From IMG/VR virus record IMGVR_UViG_3300025120_000025, positions 38,948 through 102,947 of that record: DNA of 64,000 bases. One strand, written 5' to 3'. A program made the translations under genes and the position numbers. This document shows positions 59,216 to 64,000 of this stretch, in pieces (the first letter of the stretch is position 1; each line of letters begins with the position of its first letter). Under the pieces are notes generated by a model. The model was not told the origin of the DNA. It made no database searches and was given only the letters and a program-made list of their open reading frames with translations. This stretch comes from a virus.

Positions 59216-59799
59216 TGATAGAAGTGTTTGATGATTTGTTAGATAAAGACACTTTCGACACTATCAATCGTGTCGTTAGTGACCCTTTATTTACTTGGAT
59301 GTATAACTCAAACACATTAACGGGTTTTGATATACCTGACGATAAAGACGTACCACAGATGGTCAGATGCATTATGTTAAACACAGGTGCAGAAGAACAT
59401 ACAGATACAGAGACACAAATACTCAACGAGTACATTAAGAAGTATCCAGAGTTTTATAGCATAGCAGAGAAAGCAATAGAACGTAGTGAACAGTTGTTCT
59501 CAGGTATAGATAGTTTTTTACGCATCAAGTGTAATATGACTATGCCTTTTTTTAACGCACCAACATTTAATCCTCCTCATTGTGATACAGATGGTGAGGG
59601 ATACAAGTCATTAATATTTTATTTGAATGACAGTGATGGTGATACGTTCTTCTTTGGCGAAGATAATAGAACAGTAACGCCAAAAGCAAATAGAGGTGTA
59701 TTTTTCGATGCATATCATAAGCATTCGTCATCATCACCTAAACAGACAAGACGAAGACTTATAGTAAATTCAGTCTTCAAACCTATATCAGGAGAATAG
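59215..59799 (+). CDS. 2OG-Fe(II) oxygenase
   Basis: PHCD, YLNDSDGDT, H.SS.P, R. Confidence 0.85.
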   Translation: MIEVFDDLLDKDTFDTINRVVSDPLFTWMYNSNTLTGFDIPDDKDVPQMVRCIMLNTGAEEHTDTETQILNEYIKKYPEFYSIAEKAIERSEQLFSGIDSFLRIKCNMTMPFFNAPTFNPPHCDTDGEGYKSLIFYLNDSDGDTFFFGEDNRTVTPKANRGVFFDAYHKHSSSSPKQTRRRLIVNSVFKPISGE

Positions 59800-59800
59800 T

Positions 59801-60001
59801 ATGGATGCAATTACTCACACAATTATCGCTTGTTTAACGATTTACATATCGTTTAGAATAGGCAGGTCAATGTCAACTAAAGGGGCAATACAGAAGTATA
59901 CAAAACACCTTGAAGATGAAGGTTATGTGTATATTGAAAAAATGAGGGATGGCGGATATGAATTCATCAAACACTGGAAAAGACAAGAGGACAACACCTG
60001 A
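59801..60001 (+). CDS. Small membrane protein
   Basis: N-terminal TM; AGGAG RBS. Confidence 0.6.
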   Translation: MDAITHTIIACLTIYISFRIGRSMSTKGAIQKYTKHLEDEGYVYIEKMRDGGYEFIKHWKRQEDNT

Positions 60002-60164
60002 TATTGCACAACTTGCAAAAGATGTAATAACTAAACACTACACTCAACGTCAATGGGACAGAACAGTAGGCATCGGTAAAGTACCGAACGAGTATAAGGA
60101 GACTGGTCAAGATGACAGTACAAATAACAGAGAAAGCGAAGAGTTACCTAAAAGAAGTAGGTAA
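59949..60164 (+). CDS. Hypothetical protein
   Basis: YTQRQWDRTVG.G..P motif; overlaps both neighbours. Confidence 0.45.
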   Translation: MADMNSSNTGKDKRTTPDIAQLAKDVITKHYTQRQWDRTVGIGKVPNEYKETGQDDSTNNRESEELPKRSR

Positions 60165-60396
60165 ACCTAACGTGTTTCTATCAGTAAAAGGTGGAGGTTG
60201 TTCAGGTTTTCAATATGTGTGGGATACAACTGAAGACACACCCACAATAGAGAACCTTGTGGTAGACCCCATAGCAGAGATGTATGTGCTAGGTTGTACA
60301 GTCGATTATGTGACTGAACTAGGTGGGTCGTATCTCAAAGTCTCTAATCCTAATGCTACTGCATCGTGTGGGTGTGGTGAGAGTTTTGCAGTCTAG
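60112..60396 (+). CDS. iscA: A-type Fe-S carrier (HesB/IscA/SufA)
   Basis: GGGCSGFQY, NPNA..SCGCGESF. Confidence 0.95.
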   Translation: MTVQITEKAKSYLKEVGKPNVFLSVKGGGCSGFQYVWDTTEDTPTIENLVVDPIAEMYVLGCTVDYVTELGGSYLKVSNPNATASCGCGESFAV

Positions 60397-60923
60397 TTAG
60401 CAAGAGGGTTATCTAATGCTCTCTGTAACTTCTTATTTAATCTATCTTCTAAATCTTTCAGTTGTCTATCAACATCAGTAGTAACTCTATCACGCTTATT
60501 ATCGAAGCGTTGGTCAGCAATGTCTATCATCTCACGAACATCTGCTTCAACTTCTTTGATATCATCTTCAACCTCATCAACGACCTTCTCTATACGAGTT
60601 AAATCATCTCTTACGCTGTGCTTGATATCTCTTGCATAACCTACGGACTCCGTGATGGACTCTTTGATTATTGCTAATTCTTCTTTGAACAGCGTGACTT
60701 CTTCAGTCACTAGTCTCATGTCATTGTGTACTAAAGCGAGTTTCTTATCGAATTCTGATAAGTCCGGCGCAACGTATTCATCTATCTTTGCTTCCATTGC
60801 GGTATACCTAGAGAATAGTTCAAAACCACCCCATAATCCACCGCCGAGCATAGAGATAAGTGGTATAATCAACATCAGTTTACCGCCTCTTATCTTTGCT
60901 CCTGCTAGTTCTATTTCTGCCAT
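60393..60923 (-). CDS. Membrane-anchored coiled-coil protein
   Basis: TM LGGGLWGGFE, long coiled coil, ALDNPL end; AAGGAG RBS. Confidence 0.75.
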   Translation of the reverse strand: MAEIELAGAKIRGGKLMLIIPLISMLGGGLWGGFELFSRYTAMEAKIDEYVAPDLSEFDKKLALVHNDMRLVTEEVTLFKEELAIIKESITESVGYARDIKHSVRDDLTRIEKVVDEVEDDIKEVEADVREMIDIADQRFDNKRDRVTTDVDRQLKDLEDRLNKKLQRALDNPLAN

Positions 60924-60933
60924 TTTAGTCTCC

Positions 60934-62472
60934 TTATTTGTATTGCATATCTACCATTTTTTCATGTAGAATTTGTTGTGCTAGTCCGTTTAACAGTCCA
61001 CTATTACTATCGCCCATTTGTTCTGTGCTGTAGGGTATCTCAGACGCACCTAAGTCACCACCAGGCATCTTATAACGATATGCACCGAACCCTTGATTGA
61101 AGTTAATCAATGCTAGTGCTAGGTTCTGTGCTTCAATTTGTTGTTCTAAAGACACCGCCAGTGCTAGTCGCTCAGTCATTTCTGCCGATTTCTTTGCAAT
61201 GATATTTTTAACTTTAGATTTCTTGCTAGACTTCTTATCGTTGTCTTTCTTTTTATCTTCTTTTTGTTGTTCGACCTCTGCTTCTTCAGTTTCAGTCTCC
61301 TCTACTACTATGTCTTCAGGTGCTTGTTCCTCTTCAATAGGTTCTTCTACTAGTTCTTCAGTAGTTTCTTCTTCAATCTCTTCTGGCGCCTCATCTATCT
61401 CACGCTCATCAATCTCATCATCGGTGCTTTCGGGTAGTTCTAGCATAGTAATCTCTGTTTCTTCTTCTGGCGCCTCATCTGGTATCTCTACAATCTCTAT
61501 CTCAACAGGCGCTATATCAATTTCTGGTATAGCGAAGTTAAAATCATCAAATTCAAATGAAATGATATCATCAACGATACTATCGCCAGTCACATCAGGT
61601 GTATCAAACGAGAAATCACCTGATATATCATCAGTACTACTATCTATAGCGTTTGCAATATCGTATCCCGGACAACCTGGATCGTATGTAGCGTCTACTG
61701 AGCATTGAAAGTTATACTCTTGATTACCAAGTGCTTCAGCATAACCATCACATAGAGGGTCAGATAGAGGTTGTGCTTCACATATAGATGCATTCTCAGG
61801 TACCCATACAGGTTGACTACCTTCTTCAGATGTCCAATAGTACCCACCATCTACTCTTGCATTGTGCAGAAAGTACTGCTTATACTGATTTTGTTGCAAA
61901 TCACCTACAGTACCTACGAATATCTGATGGTTCTTTATGTCTAATTTTGTGTAATTGTATGCTATATCGCCATCAGGTCTGATAGTCAAGTCGAATGTAT
62001 TCTCTGTATTAGTGTCATAGTACTCCATGACATTTTCCCAAAAGTAACGCTGAAATGTCTCATCACCTTGTATATAAAACTTACCTTGACCATTACGTTG
62101 TATCAAGTCAGTCAGAAAGGGTGATATAGAGAAGTTCAACGCATTCAAATTGCGATTAAGAATATAGTTCTGATTGCCTGTTGCAGTACCATTCAATAGA
62201 CCTTCTACATCAGGTCCACTGCAACATAGACCATATGAAGTATTAGTATTAGGGTGTACAAACATAACTACGCCATTACTGAACATGAATGACGTAGTAA
62301 AATTCTGTCCGTAGAAAGGGAATGCGAAGTCTAAAGGGACTTCAACATAACCGTCATCTGATATAGTGACTTCTTCTTTGACTGGATCAGCAAGACTGCT
62401 ATAAGAGTAGAAGCAGAAGACCCAAGGCACCAGCGCCAAACAGACCGCCTTTAACCATTGCTTTTGTTTCAT
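60934..62472 (-). CDS. Exported protein with NIDO-like domain and acidic stalk
   Basis: Signal peptide; DDG...V.L.F.FPFYG..F......SNG; Cys motifs; E-rich region. Confidence 0.7.
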   Translation of the reverse strand: MKQKQWLKAVCLALVPWVFCFYSYSSLADPVKEEVTISDDGYVEVPLDFAFPFYGQNFTTSFMFSNGVVMFVHPNTNTSYGLCCSGPDVEGLLNGTATGNQNYILNRNLNALNFSISPFLTDLIQRNGQGKFYIQGDETFQRYFWENVMEYYDTNTENTFDLTIRPDGDIAYNYTKLDIKNHQIFVGTVGDLQQNQYKQYFLHNARVDGGYYWTSEEGSQPVWVPENASICEAQPLSDPLCDGYAEALGNQEYNFQCSVDATYDPGCPGYDIANAIDSSTDDISGDFSFDTPDVTGDSIVDDIISFEFDDFNFAIPEIDIAPVEIEIVEIPDEAPEEETEITMLELPESTDDEIDEREIDEAPEEIEEETTEELVEEPIEEEQAPEDIVVEETETEEAEVEQQKEDKKKDNDKKSSKKSKVKNIIAKKSAEMTERLALAVSLEQQIEAQNLALALINFNQGFGAYRYKMPGGDLGASEIPYSTEQMGDSNSGLLNGLAQQILHEKMVDMQYK

Positions 62473-62944
62473 CGTTGTCCTTCATATGTTGAGGTCGTAG
62501 TTCAGGATATGTGTCCCATAGAGTTTTTGCTTCTTCACCGATTTTACCCATAAACGGGCAAGGTGTACCTGCCATTTCCATTGCTGAAAATACTCTCTCA
62601 TCTTGACACATATTTGACACGGCCGCTACCTTCATACCCATATCGTAGAGGACTTTTGATAGTTTCAAACGCTCACAGTTCATATCTCTTACTGCTGAAC
62701 CGCCTGATATGCCAAGAACTTGTGTCTGCACTGCACCACTAAAACCAATGGTACATACATCTGAATTTGAGTTGTTGATACTAGGCGATATCGCACTAGG
62801 TGGTGGAGACTTCACCGTAGTCTCTGTCTCTCCTTTAGAATTCACAGTGCTATTAGTAGTGGACTCAGTGACGATTGGATCGGCAGAGAATGCAGTCGTA
62901 GATAGCAGAAACATAACGAATACAGATAATATAATTCTATACAT
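62399..62944 (-). CDS. Exported Cys-containing protein with C-terminal hydrophobic anchor
   Basis: Signal peptide, SPPPSAISP, NCER.KL, CQD.RV, GTPCP. Confidence 0.78.
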   Translation of the reverse strand: MYRIILSVFVMFLLSTTAFSADPIVTESTTNSTVNSKGETETTVKSPPPSAISPSINNSNSDVCTIGFSGAVQTQVLGISGGSAVRDMNCERLKLSKVLYDMGMKVAAVSNMCQDERVFSAMEMAGTPCPFMGKIGEEAKTLWDTYPELRPQHMKDNDETKAMVKGGLFGAGALGLLLLLL

Positions 62945-62991
62945 CGTTGATTCCTTCTTATTATAGTAATGCTCTAGCGTCATTACAAAGA

Positions 62992-62999
62992 TATTTATA
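62992..62999 (-). promoter_or_regulatory. Late promoter for minus-strand operon
   Basis: tatttata = TATAAATA on minus strand. Confidence 0.7.
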
Positions 63000-63118
63000 T
63001 ACTGCCGTCAACATATTGACAGTAAATAATAACTAATTACCAATTAAATTTGACAAAACATAGTGTCAATTATACGTTTCGATGATAATTTGACTAAATA
63101 CTTGCAAGAAAGGTGCAA

Positions 63119-63346
63119 ATGATGATACACGCATTCATGTTAATGGTAGTGATAGGCACAGGTCCTCATCGTCAACTGCAACCTGATTCCATGTATTTTC
63201 GTGATATCAACGACTGTCTCTACTATGCAAGAAAGATACCACAGAAGTTCAGTAACTTTGAATCCTATGTTGATCCGAAAGACCGTGTCGTTGCATACTG
63301 TAAACCAGTCAAGATACAAGACGGAGTACACATATATGACCATTGA
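63119..63346 (+). CDS. Small hypothetical protein
   Basis: YF.DIN.C..YA, AYCKP. Confidence 0.65.
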   Translation: MMIHAFMLMVVIGTGPHRQLQPDSMYFRDINDCLYYARKIPQKFSNFESYVDPKDRVVAYCKPVKIQDGVHIYDH

Positions 63347-63560
63347 GAGCAAGACAATGGCGATTAAAACAGCAATAGCATCATTCAAGAAAAGACATAT
63401 ATATCTGTATCAGAGTGGTGATACACTGCATCAGCACCAAAAGCAACAGCATAAACCTATCACAGAAGACAATGTTGCTCAAGTAAAGAACGACATAGAC
63501 AAAATGTCAGACGAGGAATATCATGCATACCGTAACCGTGAACCGACTAGAAGAAAATAA
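63336..63560 (+). CDS. Hypothetical protein
   Basis: GGAG upstream; start uncertain. Confidence 0.45.
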   Translation: MTIESKTMAIKTAIASFKKRHIYLYQSGDTLHQHQKQQHKPITEDNVAQVKNDIDKMSDEEYHAYRNREPTRRK

Positions 63561-63804
63561 CATCGAACAAGACATATGGTACGATGAACTCATCAAACTA
63601 GGTGAGTTATGGAGCAAACCGAATGTCACTGCACTCGCAGATGAAGTAGAAGAACTAGAGCAACATCGTATACACGATGCTCTACAGATGAGCAATGGCA
63701 ATAAGACACACGCCGCTAGTTATCTAGGCATAGGTCGAACACTACTACTTCACAAAATCAAGAAGTATCACATAGAGGAGACTAGCAATGCTGATACGAA
63801 TTAA
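63523..63804 (+). CDS. Fis-type HTH protein
   Basis: I.DAL...NGNKTHAA.YLGIGRT.L..KIKKY. Confidence 0.85.
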   Translation: MHTVTVNRLEENNIEQDIWYDELIKLGELWSKPNVTALADEVEELEQHRIHDALQMSNGNKTHAASYLGIGRTLLLHKIKKYHIEETSNADTN

Positions 63805-63949
63805 AGACTATTACTACTTCATACTAGAGCGATACTGTGGTAAGATAAGCAACTATGCATGGTGTAAACGATGGCAAAATAGAGAACGAGGCACAGGATA
63901 TCTCGCATCGAAAGAGAGAGAAGATTCCTTCTCAGGTTGGGGATCGTGA
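63788..63949 (+). CDS. 53-aa hypothetical protein (not in ORF track)
   Basis: GAGGAG RBS; MLIRIKDYYYF...AWCKRW..R..GTG. Confidence 0.5.
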   Translation: MLIRIKDYYYFILERYCGKISNYAWCKRWQNRERGTGYLASKEREDSFSGWGS

Positions 63950-64000
63950 CTTCTCGTTGGCAACTGTTAAAGCAACAGTATAGAAAACTTGATGAGCAGG

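Noticed and set aside
1249-59435. Many short minus-strand and alternate-frame ORFs in the track
   Set aside because: They lie inside well-supported + strand genes, lack RBS and motifs, and read as shadow ORFs.
61097-61708. 203-aa Ser-rich + strand ORF
   Set aside because: Antisense shadow of the Glu-rich stalk of 60934-62472.
1-64000. tRNAs, CRISPR arrays, stop-codon reassignment
   Set aside because: No cloverleaf or repeat-spacer pattern seen; core genes are intact under the standard code and use TAA, TAG and TGA as stops.

Overview
64 kb of a low-GC T4-like myovirus genome, almost all on the + strand. Gene order resembles the marine cyano-/pelagiphage group: end of gp23, gp3, uvsY, uvsW, gp55, gp47, gp46, cobT/cobS-like pair, gp45-44-62-regA-hsp20, gp43, uvsX, gp40, gp41, a probable late block, spanins, gp61, nrdAB, rnh. 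No photosynthesis genes, tRNAs or CRISPR arrays were seen. Spanins, IscA, Fis-like HTH, peptide deformylase and an RpoH-like hsp20 promoter point to a Gram-negative, probably proteobacterial host (inference). Best candidates for new biology: (1) a 29.9-40.8 kb block with T4 internal-protein-like N-termini, containing an RNA-ligase-motif protein, an NMNAT-like nucleotidyltransferase heading an apparent Glu-cleaved polyprotein, and a HAD phosphatase; (2) a 9-14.8 kb cupin/GNAT-hydroxylase/PLP/methyltransferase cluster that may hypermodify DNA; (3) hairpins with loops complementary to phage ribosome-binding sites, a perfect antisense promoter in front of gp55 and a candidate structured ncRNA; (4) apparent avoidance of GCWGC, RGCY and HGATCD. 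All calls come from motif recognition by eye; no database searches were run.
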